A stretch of 64,000 nt of DNA from a virus. The notes under the pieces are model-generated. The model was not told the origin of the DNA and made no database searches. It worked only from the letters and a program-made list of their open reading frames with translations. The translations under genes and the position numbers were made by a program. This document shows positions 6,788-15,230 of this stretch, piece after piece. The stretch is from positions 1 to 64,000 of IMG/VR virus record IMGVR_UViG_3300042448_001253; one strand, 5' to 3'. Positions within the stretch are counted from its first letter, which is position 1. Every line of letters starts with the position of its first letter.

Positions 6788-7021
6788 TTATACATCAATT
6801 CCATCATTTGTAGCACGCCACACTGACGGAGAGTGGTTTTCTTGAACTGCCTGCTTTACAGCAGCATCGTCGTAGAGACGAAGGATGTGTATGCAAGGGT
6901 CGCCTATTTCAAACTCATCGTCTTCTGCTGCAGTTGTTGGTAGCCCATCGTGCGTGTAGCAGACAGCTGGACCAGTCCAGCCATTAGCAATACCTAAGGC
7001 AATCCATTCATCGTATGTCAT
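6788..7021 (-). CDS. Conserved small phage protein (CYTHDGLP...PCIH)
   Basis: Start trimmed to MTYDEW, which has AGAGGAG upstream. Confidence 0.65.
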   Translation of the reverse strand: MTYDEWIALGIANGWTGPAVCYTHDGLPTTAAEDDEFEIGDPCIHILRLYDDAAVKQAVQENHSPSVWRATNDGIDV

Positions 7022-7071
7022 TATTACTCCTCTGTTAGATACTAAGCATAATACTAAAAACTCCTCCTTAA

Positions 7072-7108
7072 TGCAACAAACCCTCCGACAAGCGGAGGGC
7101 ATGTTGTA
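7072..7108 (-). terminator. Intrinsic terminator-like hairpin
   Basis: CCCTCCG-CTTGT-CGGAGGG followed by TTTGTT on the minus strand, after the holin-like gene. Confidence 0.7.
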
Positions 7109-7119
7109 AAGAACTTTAT

Positions 7120-7389
7120 TTATTCTTTAGTTGCACTTTTCTTGGTTTCAGCCAAAGCTGCCTCAGCAGAACTAGCAAAAGCAACATTGATTTCATCATC
7201 GTCTAGCTTCCCGTCAACTACGTAAGCACGAGCCAAAGACTCAGCAACTTCCATAATTCCAACGAAAGCAGCAATCAATGCAGACTTCCAAAGTTCAACA
7301 CCACCGATAGAACCAGCAGCAAGAACAGCACTAACTTTCAGGATAACAAGAGCAATAGTTCTCTTGAGAATCATCAAAACGAGTTTCAT
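7120..7389 (-). CDS. Holin-like membrane protein
   Basis: 89 aa, two hydrophobic helices, charged C-terminus, own promoter; function inferred. Confidence 0.45.
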   Translation of the reverse strand: MKLVLMILKRTIALVILKVSAVLAAGSIGGVELWKSALIAAFVGIMEVAESLARAYVVDGKLDDDEINVAFASSAEAALAETKKSATKE

Positions 7390-7446
7390 ATATCTCCCTA
7401 GGGTTGAGTTGGTTTATAAGCCTCCCTCTCCCAAGGGCATACATCT

Positions 7447-7474
7447 ATTGTACCTTAAAAAGGCATCTCCTATT
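7447..7474 (-). promoter_or_regulatory. Candidate late promoter AATAG-N17-TACAAT
   Basis: Same architecture as 51049-51076 and 60660-60687. Confidence 0.45.
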
Positions 7475-7811
7475 CAGACTTAGAACTACCCTTAATTTCG
7501 GTTTTAATCAGCCTGTTACGAGCAATGGCTCTTCTCTCACGCTCGGTAGTTCCACCCCAGATTCCGAGTTCATGGTATTTAAGGGCGTACTCCAGGCAAC
7601 GAACCTTGTAAGGACATTCAGCACAGATGGCTTTAGCCTCTTTACCGTAGGTGTACGAGGAGTGAGTAAGCTCGATTACTTTGCCGTTTCTGAGGGCGTC
7701 AGACGTACTTCTTTCTTCTGTAAAGAAAGCGTCTGGATACGTTTCAGAACAGGGAGTGGCACCATGCTCTTCAAAGTCGGGATAATCTTCTGGGATAAGG
7801 CCGTCTAGCAT
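7470..7811 (-). CDS. whiB: WhiB family transcription factor
   Basis: C...PDAFF...AKAICAECPYKVRCLEYAL...GIWGGTTERER. Confidence 0.92.
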   Translation of the reverse strand: MLDGLIPEDYPDFEEHGATPCSETYPDAFFTEERSTSDALRNGKVIELTHSSYTYGKEAKAICAECPYKVRCLEYALKYHELGIWGGTTERERRAIARNRLIKTEIKGSSKSE

Positions 7812-7822
7812 GGATTGTCTCT

Positions 7823-8020
7823 CTATCTAAATACGTCTCCTCCGAACCCGTTTCCGAACTTTATCGGGGGTGCGGTGAATATTTTTAATAGTTTAGCATC
7901 GCAACCCTCAACTCTGCAAATCAAGTCGGTAGGTTCGTCAGCCGTGATAGCACGGACCTCGATGTAGCGGTGCTCTTTATCCTCAGGGTGGGTCTCACAC
8001 TTATATTCGTACGTAGGCAT
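7823..8020 (-). CDS. FmdB-like zinc-ribbon protein
   Basis: MPTYEYKC...H...C...C...KIFTAP.IKF. Confidence 0.7.
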   Translation of the reverse strand: MPTYEYKCETHPEDKEHRYIEVRAITADEPTDLICRVEGCDAKLLKIFTAPPIKFGNGFGGDVFR

Positions 8021-8021
8021 C

Positions 8022-8246
8022 TTATTCCTTAACTAGAGAGTTCAGTCTATCTAATCTAAACCCAGCCCAGTTGTCCTCCCCCGCCACAACGACGGGGGCT
8101 GACGCATAGCCTTTTTCTTCAATGAGAGCAAAGACTTCAGGACTTTCTGAAATCATCTTTGACTCAAAAGGAATCTCCTTTAGAGTAAGGAATCTTTTAG
8201 TCTGCTCGCACGCAGTGCAGTTTGGGTTGCTGTATACGATTACCAT
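8022..8246 (-). CDS. nrdH: NrdH-like glutaredoxin
   Basis: VYSNPNCTAC...APVVV...WAGFRLD. Confidence 0.92.
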   Translation of the reverse strand: MVIVYSNPNCTACEQTKRFLTLKEIPFESKMISESPEVFALIEEKGYASAPVVVAGEDNWAGFRLDRLNSLVKE

Positions 8247-10279
8247 TACTTCTGGTTCTCCACAATCAACTTGATTTCACATGCGTCTGTGGTGCAGTAG
8301 GCATCGCCAATAGCATCGATACCAAGACCCTGATAAATACCGTCAAGAGAAATAGGAAACAGCTTTGATACTGACGCCTCATATTCTTCTTCAGTAATCT
8401 GTGTGTACGGCATCTGAGGGTAGGTCATGTTACCTGATGGCAAGAATGATACAGTCTTCAACTGACCGTCGTACATGTGTAGAACAGACTCGACGTGCTG
8501 AGCTTCTGTCTCAGGGTCGAATGAGATTGTTACAGATACGGAGTTGTCTGACCAGTAACGCTGAGCAGTTGCAGCAAGTGCCATCTTCTCAAAGATAGTT
8601 ACGTCACGCTCTGCACGTTCAGCCATTGACTTGATTGGGAAGTAGACAACTGTTGTGTGGTCTGGGTTAGATACGTCTGGCTCAACTGTGTAGTTAGCCA
8701 TCTTGAATAGCGTCAACATAGGGTCGTCGTTCCCAAAACGGATTGCACGGTTGAAGAACTTACCACCTGGAGTCCAGTGAACGCCCGGAGATTCCCCAGC
8801 CAAGATAGATACAGTACCTGATGGCTTGACAGTTGTGGTCTTGATTGACTCACGAATACCTAACCACTCAGAGTAAGTAACGTCATACTTCTTCACTACT
8901 GCGTAGCCCTCGTCCATCCAAGTACGAAGTTCTGGGAGACCCTTGCGGTCAGCAAAGTTAGCAATACCAGACATTGAAGTTCCAATACGACGGTTTCTCT
9001 GCATGATTGCGTTGGTCTCTTCCCAGTGGGTAGGTAGAAGAGTTACAGTCTTAGCGTATAGGTAGGCAAACTTCAAAGTGCGAAGATAGTCTTCCTTGCT
9101 TTCGTGACGGTTTAGGTAGGTCTCAACAAGAGTACACATTTCGTAGCTTTCAAGCGACTGCTCTGCACAAGGGTTGTAGCCCATGATGCGGTGGTCCTTG
9201 TTGTTGATTGGGTCACCTAGACGGCCATAAGCCTTAGATACGTCTTCCCAAATAACTCCAGGCTCACCGTTAAGAATGATTCCATCTACAATCTTAGAGA
9301 AGTCAGTACCAACGTTGACCATGACTGAGTTGTTTGACATCCAACCCCAACCAGGCTTTTCAGCATCGTATGAGTTACGGTCCGGGAACTTCTCAGCGTT
9401 CTTTAGGTTCAAGAAGTTGTCATCGTCAATGCGACCGATTAGTAGCTCAGCTGAACGACGAACGTTTCCAGATACAACACAGCGACCGATTAGGTTACCG
9501 ATGTCTGCAATATCCACGGTAGTCAAAAGCTGACCCGCACGACCGTTGAAGATTTCACGAATCTTGTCATGTAGAGCAATCAACGGGTCTGGACCTGAAG
9601 CAGTTCCACCAAATGTTGCAATAGGTGAGCCATAAGGACGAATCTCGCTGTAGTCGAAGACTAGGCTTGCTTGGTCTGCCTTTAGGTATGAGTTGATTAG
9701 AGCAACAGTGCTTTCCTGCCAACCCTCACGGGTGTCAGGGATAACGTAGGTCTGAGCCTCACCTGGAGTGAAAATCTCAAAGTTCTTGTCTGCACCCTTG
9801 TCGTCAAAGCCAACACCCACACCGAGCATCGATGCTTCCATGAGGAATGCGAATGGCTTTGCAGGATTTGACTTGGTCATTTCCAAAGTAGACACAAAAG
9901 CACAGTTCTGCAGAGCAGCCGAGTTCTTCTGAACGTTTACGATGTTAGTTCCCATAACCCAGAGTCCACGACCTGGAGGCGACCACTTCAAGTTGAATAG
10001 GGAGTCGTAGAACTCTTTTGCTGAGGCAGCAGCCTTAGCGTCTGACCATGGCAAGCGGTTCTGCTTTGCGTGGTCTTTCTGGATTGAATATGTACCGTTA
10101 GTAACACGCTCACAAACTTCGGCCCAAGTTTCTTTGGTGCCATCTTCTTTCTTACGTGAATAGGTGCGTAGGAATGTAATCTCGCCTACAGAGTTCCCAG
10201 CAGCGTCTTTATAGCCAAATGGTGATTCTTTTTTTCTGTAATCTGATACAAATTCTTCGTTTAGTTTAAATGAGAACAT
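8246..10279 (-). CDS. nrdJ: Class II (B12-dependent) ribonucleotide reductase
   Basis: PPGRGLW, NCAF, GVGF, GNVRRSA, GYNPCAEQ (thiyl Cys), TVKPSGT. Confidence 0.95.
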   Translation of the reverse strand: MFSFKLNEEFVSDYRKKESPFGYKDAAGNSVGEITFLRTYSRKKEDGTKETWAEVCERVTNGTYSIQKDHAKQNRLPWSDAKAAASAKEFYDSLFNLKWSPPGRGLWVMGTNIVNVQKNSAALQNCAFVSTLEMTKSNPAKPFAFLMEASMLGVGVGFDDKGADKNFEIFTPGEAQTYVIPDTREGWQESTVALINSYLKADQASLVFDYSEIRPYGSPIATFGGTASGPDPLIALHDKIREIFNGRAGQLLTTVDIADIGNLIGRCVVSGNVRRSAELLIGRIDDDNFLNLKNAEKFPDRNSYDAEKPGWGWMSNNSVMVNVGTDFSKIVDGIILNGEPGVIWEDVSKAYGRLGDPINNKDHRIMGYNPCAEQSLESYEMCTLVETYLNRHESKEDYLRTLKFAYLYAKTVTLLPTHWEETNAIMQRNRRIGTSMSGIANFADRKGLPELRTWMDEGYAVVKKYDVTYSEWLGIRESIKTTTVKPSGTVSILAGESPGVHWTPGGKFFNRAIRFGNDDPMLTLFKMANYTVEPDVSNPDHTTVVYFPIKSMAERAERDVTIFEKMALAATAQRYWSDNSVSVTISFDPETEAQHVESVLHMYDGQLKTVSFLPSGNMTYPQMPYTQITEEEYEASVSKLFPISLDGIYQGLGIDAIGDAYCTTDACEIKLIVENQK

Positions 10280-10352
10280 AGATATTTATGCTGCTTTCGA
10301 TGGGAGTGATTGATAAGAATACAAGTATACATCGACTACGAAGGGTCGAGTA

Positions 10353-10580
10353 TTACTCGTGATTCAAGAATAGTGCCTCTACTATTTTTTTGCAAATCGG
10401 GCAAATCCTTAGTTTTTCGGGGTCTCTAGAGGGTATAAACTCTATCCCGCATAGGGCCATTACGACAGTTCCCATAATATACCCCTCTGTTACTTTAGCG
10501 GCATCTGCGTAATGAGCGTAATGGTCGTCTGAATCTGTGTCGTTTGTGTCTGTCTTATCTAGTACGTCAGCCTGAGACAC
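10353..10580 (-). CDS. DUF3039-like actinobacterial protein
   Basis: HYAHYA...ALCG..FIPSRDPEKL.ICP.CK. Confidence 0.75.
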   Translation of the reverse strand: MSQADVLDKTDTNDTDSDDHYAHYADAAKVTEGYIMGTVVMALCGIEFIPSRDPEKLRICPICKKIVEALFLNHE

Positions 10581-10583
10581 GGT

Positions 10584-11585
10584 CTACCACTCTTCTTCGT
10601 CAATAATTGGCTGTAGCATCTCAAAAACATTTTTCTTAGGAATAGAGACAATGTTTGCACTGCCGTCTTCAATTCCATAAGACACAACAAAGTGCTCACC
10701 GCATTCCGCAAGCCCAGCAGCAAACTCCACGTCATAGCCCTCAAACAAGAACTCAGGACTTATCTCAATGATGTTGCCGTAGTAGTCATAACGCACAAAC
10801 TGGTGCACATATTTTCTAAATACCCTGCGGTCCAAGAACTTACCGTTAGGAACGTGAATAATGTTTTGATAGCAACTATGCGTAACAGCTAGATAGCTCT
10901 TATCTTCTAGGAGTAGGAGCGAACTCCCTCCCCTGATTGAGCCGATAGTCCGATTAGTGTTTGGCTTGAGAATAAACTTGTTGTCTTTTACGATTCCAGT
11001 TGGGCTGTAGATAAAGTCAAAGTTCGGGTTGGAATCATTTAGAGTTGTCATCCAGTTCTTCTCATAGCGGTCTACGTCAAAACCTTCACACTTTTGTACA
11101 AAGTATGCTTTATTTTCCTCTAGGTCCAGTCTGTAGATAGCAACACGAGAAGGTACAGTGTGAGCACGCTCTAACATCACCCCGTGCATGTACCAAACAC
11201 CGTCACGCCAGTAGATACGGCAGTCTTCGATTCCACGAGGAACAGACGGACCATCAGCAATGTGAATCTCACGCAGGTCATGGACAGACCAGTCCGTAGG
11301 GTCTAGACGGCATATCCAAGTTCTAGTACGGATATCCCCAGAAGTCTGAATCTTGAACTCTCGGGTTAGAGGGTCGATTAGGTAGTTGCTAGAGCGGATA
11401 AGGGTCATGTAACCATCCGCCTCGGAATAGCCGATTGAAGGGTTTAGGGCACTCCACTCTTTGACGTCCATTTCGGGGCGTAGCATAATCTGCTTTGTAA
11501 CCCCTTCAAAATCCTCGATATACGGAATATCAAACGGCATTTCTTTAGACATTAAAATCTTTCTTTTAGGCTTGAATACCAGCAT
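10584..11585 (-). CDS. Glycosidase-like five-bladed beta-propeller protein
   Basis: NPSI, GIEDCRI, EKNW, RGGS, VEFAAGL, SYGIED motifs; true start probably an internal Met (MSKEMPF). Confidence 0.65.
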   Translation of the reverse strand: MLVFKPKRKILMSKEMPFDIPYIEDFEGVTKQIMLRPEMDVKEWSALNPSIGYSEADGYMTLIRSSNYLIDPLTREFKIQTSGDIRTRTWICRLDPTDWSVHDLREIHIADGPSVPRGIEDCRIYWRDGVWYMHGVMLERAHTVPSRVAIYRLDLEENKAYFVQKCEGFDVDRYEKNWMTTLNDSNPNFDFIYSPTGIVKDNKFILKPNTNRTIGSIRGGSSLLLLEDKSYLAVTHSCYQNIIHVPNGKFLDRRVFRKYVHQFVRYDYYGNIIEISPEFLFEGYDVEFAAGLAECGEHFVVSYGIEDGSANIVSIPKKNVFEMLQPIIDEEEW

Positions 11586-11662
11586 ACTACACCCTAGACA
11601 GGCATTACTTAGCCAGAACTAGTGTAAAATAGAAGAGATTACTCCCACCGAAATGAGGCAAA

Positions 11663-12034
11663 ATGAGCTGCTGCGGCCCAGCCGGACTTCACAACTTCCT
11701 GTGCAATCAGGGTGCCACTTTTAAGCGTACCTTGACCTGGACCGACTCTGCCAGAAAACCTCGTGATTTGACTAGTTACACTGCTCGTATGCACGTCAGA
11801 ACAACAATAGACTCCTCTACTCTCTTTCTCCAGCTTACCACAGCAAACGGCAGAATCACATTAGGAACTACAGACGCAACAAAAGGTCAAGTAAATCTAA
11901 CAATTTCAGCCACAGATACAGCCGCACTAGCTCCAGGGCAGTACGTCTATGACCTAGAACTAGTTTCTGCTGGTGGAGAAGTAACCCGCCTTGTCGAGGG
12001 CAACTTTGTTGTAAAAGCAGAGGTAACTAGATAA
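11663..12034 (+). CDS. Virion baseplate/adaptor-like protein
   Basis: QGATF...[12 protein letters not shown]...GQYVYDLEL...RLVEGNF pattern; first gene of the tail-fibre module. Confidence 0.65.
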   Translation: MSCCGPAGLHNFLCNQGATFKRTLTWTDSARKPRDLTSYTARMHVRTTIDSSTLFLQLTTANGRITLGTTDATKGQVNLTISATDTAALAPGQYVYDLELVSAGGEVTRLVEGNFVVKAEVTR

Positions 12035-12483
12035 TGGCAGTTGAATCTAACGACCTACCTTTCAAAGTAACTGTAGACAGTCGAGACCTAAGCAAGGTCA
12101 TCGTTCAGGAGCAAGTTACTAATATCCAAATCTCCGAATCAGGGCCTCAAGGAATTCAAGGCCCCGCCGGCCCAGCTGGTAGCGAAGGTGCAGCAGGTAG
12201 TACAGGACCAGCAGGTAGTACAGGACCAGCAGGCGCAGTTGGCCCAACAGGACCGCAAGGACCACAGGGAGAGCCAGGCGAAACGCAAGTAGTCGCTTAT
12301 ACCCATAACCAAAATGAGGTATCATTAAGTTGGGTAGTTTCTCATAATTTGGGGTTCAATCCAAACTTGACAGCATTCGATTCAGCTCACAGAAATATCG
12401 AAGGCAGCGTCGAACACACAGATTTAAATAACTTAACCGTATCTTTCAGTGTAGCTGTCGGTGGCTATGCGTATCTATCTTAG
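12034..12483 (+). CDS. Collagen-like minor tail protein
   Basis: About 16 G-X-Y triplets; C-terminal W..SHNLG..P domain; 18-bp tandem duplication gcaggtagtacaggacca. Confidence 0.8.
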   Translation: MAVESNDLPFKVTVDSRDLSKVIVQEQVTNIQISESGPQGIQGPAGPAGSEGAAGSTGPAGSTGPAGAVGPTGPQGPQGEPGETQVVAYTHNQNEVSLSWVVSHNLGFNPNLTAFDSAHRNIEGSVEHTDLNNLTVSFSVAVGGYAYLS

Positions 12484-12491
12484 GAATGTAA

Positions 12492-15221
12492 ATGGCTCGT
12501 AGCTTTTTGACCCCCATAGACCTAAATGGTCTAGAACTTAGAAACTTTAGAGTACAAAACCTTACTGGGGCCAACCCAACAGGGTCCGTTGGTAGACTCT
12601 ACTTCAACGCCACTGACAACTCTCTTAGATTCTACGACAACACCGAATGGAAGACTGTAGCTACGGGCGGTAGCGCAATCACCATTGGTAGCACTGTTAT
12701 TACCATCGGTTCAACTACCACTTCTCTAGCCGGAAACAGCACTTCTACCCTAACACTAGGTAGTGCTAACCACGCTCACACCATCTGGGACGGTGCAACA
12801 ATTGCCGTAAACCGTGGTGGTACTGGCACAACAACTGGCTCTATTACAGGTTCAGGAGCACTTACATTTACCGCTGGTGGCTCTAACCAGAACATCAACC
12901 TAAGACCTACTGGTACAGGCTCTGTAGACCTAGGTAGCACAACAGGTAGCGACGGATTTAAGCTTACTGGTCTTAAAGACCCTACAGACCTATACGATGC
13001 AGCAAACAAGAAGTATGTAGATGGTGTTGCCGCTGGACTTAACGCTCACCCTGCAGTTAACTACGCTACTACCGGTGCTCTAGGTACTACTGGAAACCTT
13101 CTCGGTGGGACTATTACCACTACCTACAACAACGGAACTAACGGTGTAGGCGCAACACTTACTATTGCTACTTCCTCAAACTGGACTAACATCCTCATCG
13201 ATGGACAGAACGTAGTAGTCGGCAACCGCATTCTTATTAAAAACCAGGGTGGAACAAGTTCCAACCTGCAAAACGGTATCTACGTAGTTACTAGCGTAGG
13301 AACTCTAGGAACCTCAACTTCATTCGTATTTACTCGTGCAGACGACTCCAACACAACTCCAGAAGTTGGACCTGGAGACACTACATACGTTCTAGCAGGT
13401 TCCTCAAACGGTGGAAACGGTTTCGTTCAGACTGCAACAATTGTTGCTATCGGTACCACGGCAATAGCTTGGTCTCAGTCTTCTGGTTCATCTACTACAA
13501 CAGCTGGTCTCGGTCTTACAACTAACGGCACCAACCCAAACCAGATTGACGTAAACCCAGGAACTGGTCTAGCTATTTCTGGCGACACAATTGCTCTAGC
13601 AAATACAACGGTAACTGCCAATACTTACGGAGGGTCATCAACTGTCACCGGACTAGTTATCGACGCTCAAGGTAGAATAACTTCCGCAATTGACCAAGCC
13701 ATCGGAAACCTTTCAGCTACTGTAATCAATACAGGTCAAATAGCCCCTGCCCGCGGTGGTACGGGTGCCGACCTATCTGGAGCAACTCAATACGGTCTCC
13801 CATACTTCAGCACCACCGGTGGAGTTATGGCTTCAACTGGAGCTGGTGCTAGCACTCAGGTTCTAGTCGGTAACGCTTCAGGTGCACCTACTTGGACCAA
13901 CATCTCAGGTCTAAGCGTAAGCACCGCTACTGTATCTAATACTGCTGCTTTCACTAACGACACCACTTCAGCAGGAACTACTTTCTACCCTACTTTTGTT
14001 AGCGGTTCAACATCTCCTGCTGCACTAACAATTAGCTCTACAAAGCTTTCCTACCAGCCATCTACCGGAACACTAAGTGCAACCCTATTTGCAGGTAATG
14101 CTGCATCACTTACAAACGTACCTGCAGGTAACGTAGTAGGAACTTTAACCAGCACCGTCCTCGGAAACTCCAGCCTAAATATCGGTAACACATCCATAGC
14201 ACTAAACCGTGCTGCAGGAAACCTAGCCATTGCAGGTATCACATCCATTACAGGTGGAAACGGAACAACAGACATTGCTTTCAACACTGCCGCTGTTACT
14301 GCAGCAGCTTCAGGTGCAATCAACGTAATCACAGGTGCCACAACAACCTCTGGAACAACAGGTGCGGTAACACTACGCTCTGGAAACTCTGCGGCTGCCT
14401 CTGGTGCAGTAACAATTACTACAGGTACTTCAACAAGCGCAGCTTCTGGAGCCATCTCAATTGACACTGGAGCTACATCAGGCGGTACTACTGGTGCTAT
14501 TACTATTGGTACAACCAGTGCATCAGCACTGACTATCGGTAGAAGCGGAGTAACCACTTCTATTGTTGGTACTACCACTCACACACTAGGTAAAACAACT
14601 CTTGCAGTTCACGCTACAGGATATGCTGCTCTAAACATTCCTTCTGCATCTACAGTTATTACCTCACCAGCTTCAGGCGACCTCTGGAACTTATCCGGAG
14701 TACTTCAGTTCAACAACGGAACTGCTACTAAGCAGATTGCGTACCTTGACAGCAACATTACAGGTTCTGCAGCAACTGCAGGCTCTGTAACAAACTCGTT
14801 CGTACTTAGAGCCGATGGTGGAACTACCGAAGGTACCGACCTCTACACCTTCAATGGTTCTGGAGGAAAAAACGTTAACCTTGTTTCTGGTAATGGAATT
14901 GCTCTTACAGAAACATCTGGAACAATTACTTTTACCAACTCCGGTGTTAGAAGCATAAACGGTGCAACAGGAGTTATCGGTGCTACCGCAAATTCCAACG
15001 GCTCATACACTCGCTACCACAGAGCCACCTGTGCAGCAGCAACCACTACTGCTATTAACCACGGTCTAGGCCAATGGGTTCTTGTACAGGTTTACAAGAC
15101 AAGCGATGGCACTATTGCTGATGTTGATGTGACAAACACAGACACTAGCGGTGGAACTACTACTGTTGGATTTGCAGTTGCACCTGGTGCTGGAGACTAT
15201 ACAATCGTAATTATCGGCTAG
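12492..15221 (+). CDS. Tail fibre protein (G/S/T-rich)
   Basis: DAANKKYVD repeat, GGTG repeats, C-terminal HGLG..VLVQVY domain. Confidence 0.8.
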   Translation: MARSFLTPIDLNGLELRNFRVQNLTGANPTGSVGRLYFNATDNSLRFYDNTEWKTVATGGSAITIGSTVITIGSTTTSLAGNSTSTLTLGSANHAHTIWDGATIAVNRGGTGTTTGSITGSGALTFTAGGSNQNINLRPTGTGSVDLGSTTGSDGFKLTGLKDPTDLYDAANKKYVDGVAAGLNAHPAVNYATTGALGTTGNLLGGTITTTYNNGTNGVGATLTIATSSNWTNILIDGQNVVVGNRILIKNQGGTSSNLQNGIYVVTSVGTLGTSTSFVFTRADDSNTTPEVGPGDTTYVLAGSSNGGNGFVQTATIVAIGTTAIAWSQSSGSSTTTAGLGLTTNGTNPNQIDVNPGTGLAISGDTIALANTTVTANTYGGSSTVTGLVIDAQGRITSAIDQAIGNLSATVINTGQIAPARGGTGADLSGATQYGLPYFSTTGGVMASTGAGASTQVLVGNASGAPTWTNISGLSVSTATVSNTAAFTNDTTSAGTTFYPTFVSGSTSPAALTISSTKLSYQPSTGTLSATLFAGNAASLTNVPAGNVVGTLTSTVLGNSSLNIGNTSIALNRAAGNLAIAGITSITGGNGTTDIAFNTAAVTAAASGAINVITGATTTSGTTGAVTLRSGNSAAASGAVTITTGTSTSAASGAISIDTGATSGGTTGAITIGTTSASALTIGRSGVTTSIVGTTTHTLGKTTLAVHATGYAALNIPSASTVITSPASGDLWNLSGVLQFNNGTATKQIAYLDSNITGSAATAGSVTNSFVLRADGGTTEGTDLYTFNGSGGKNVNLVSGNGIALTETSGTITFTNSGVRSINGATGVIGATANSNGSYTRYHRATCAAATTTAINHGLGQWVLVQVYKTSDGTIADVDVTNTDTSGGTTTVGFAVAPGAGDYTIVIIG

Positions 15222-15230
15222 GATTAATCC

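Noticed and set aside
10280-10352. Cobalamin riboswitch or NrdR box upstream of nrdJ
   Set aside because: Gap too short for the riboswitch; no convincing NrdR palindrome.
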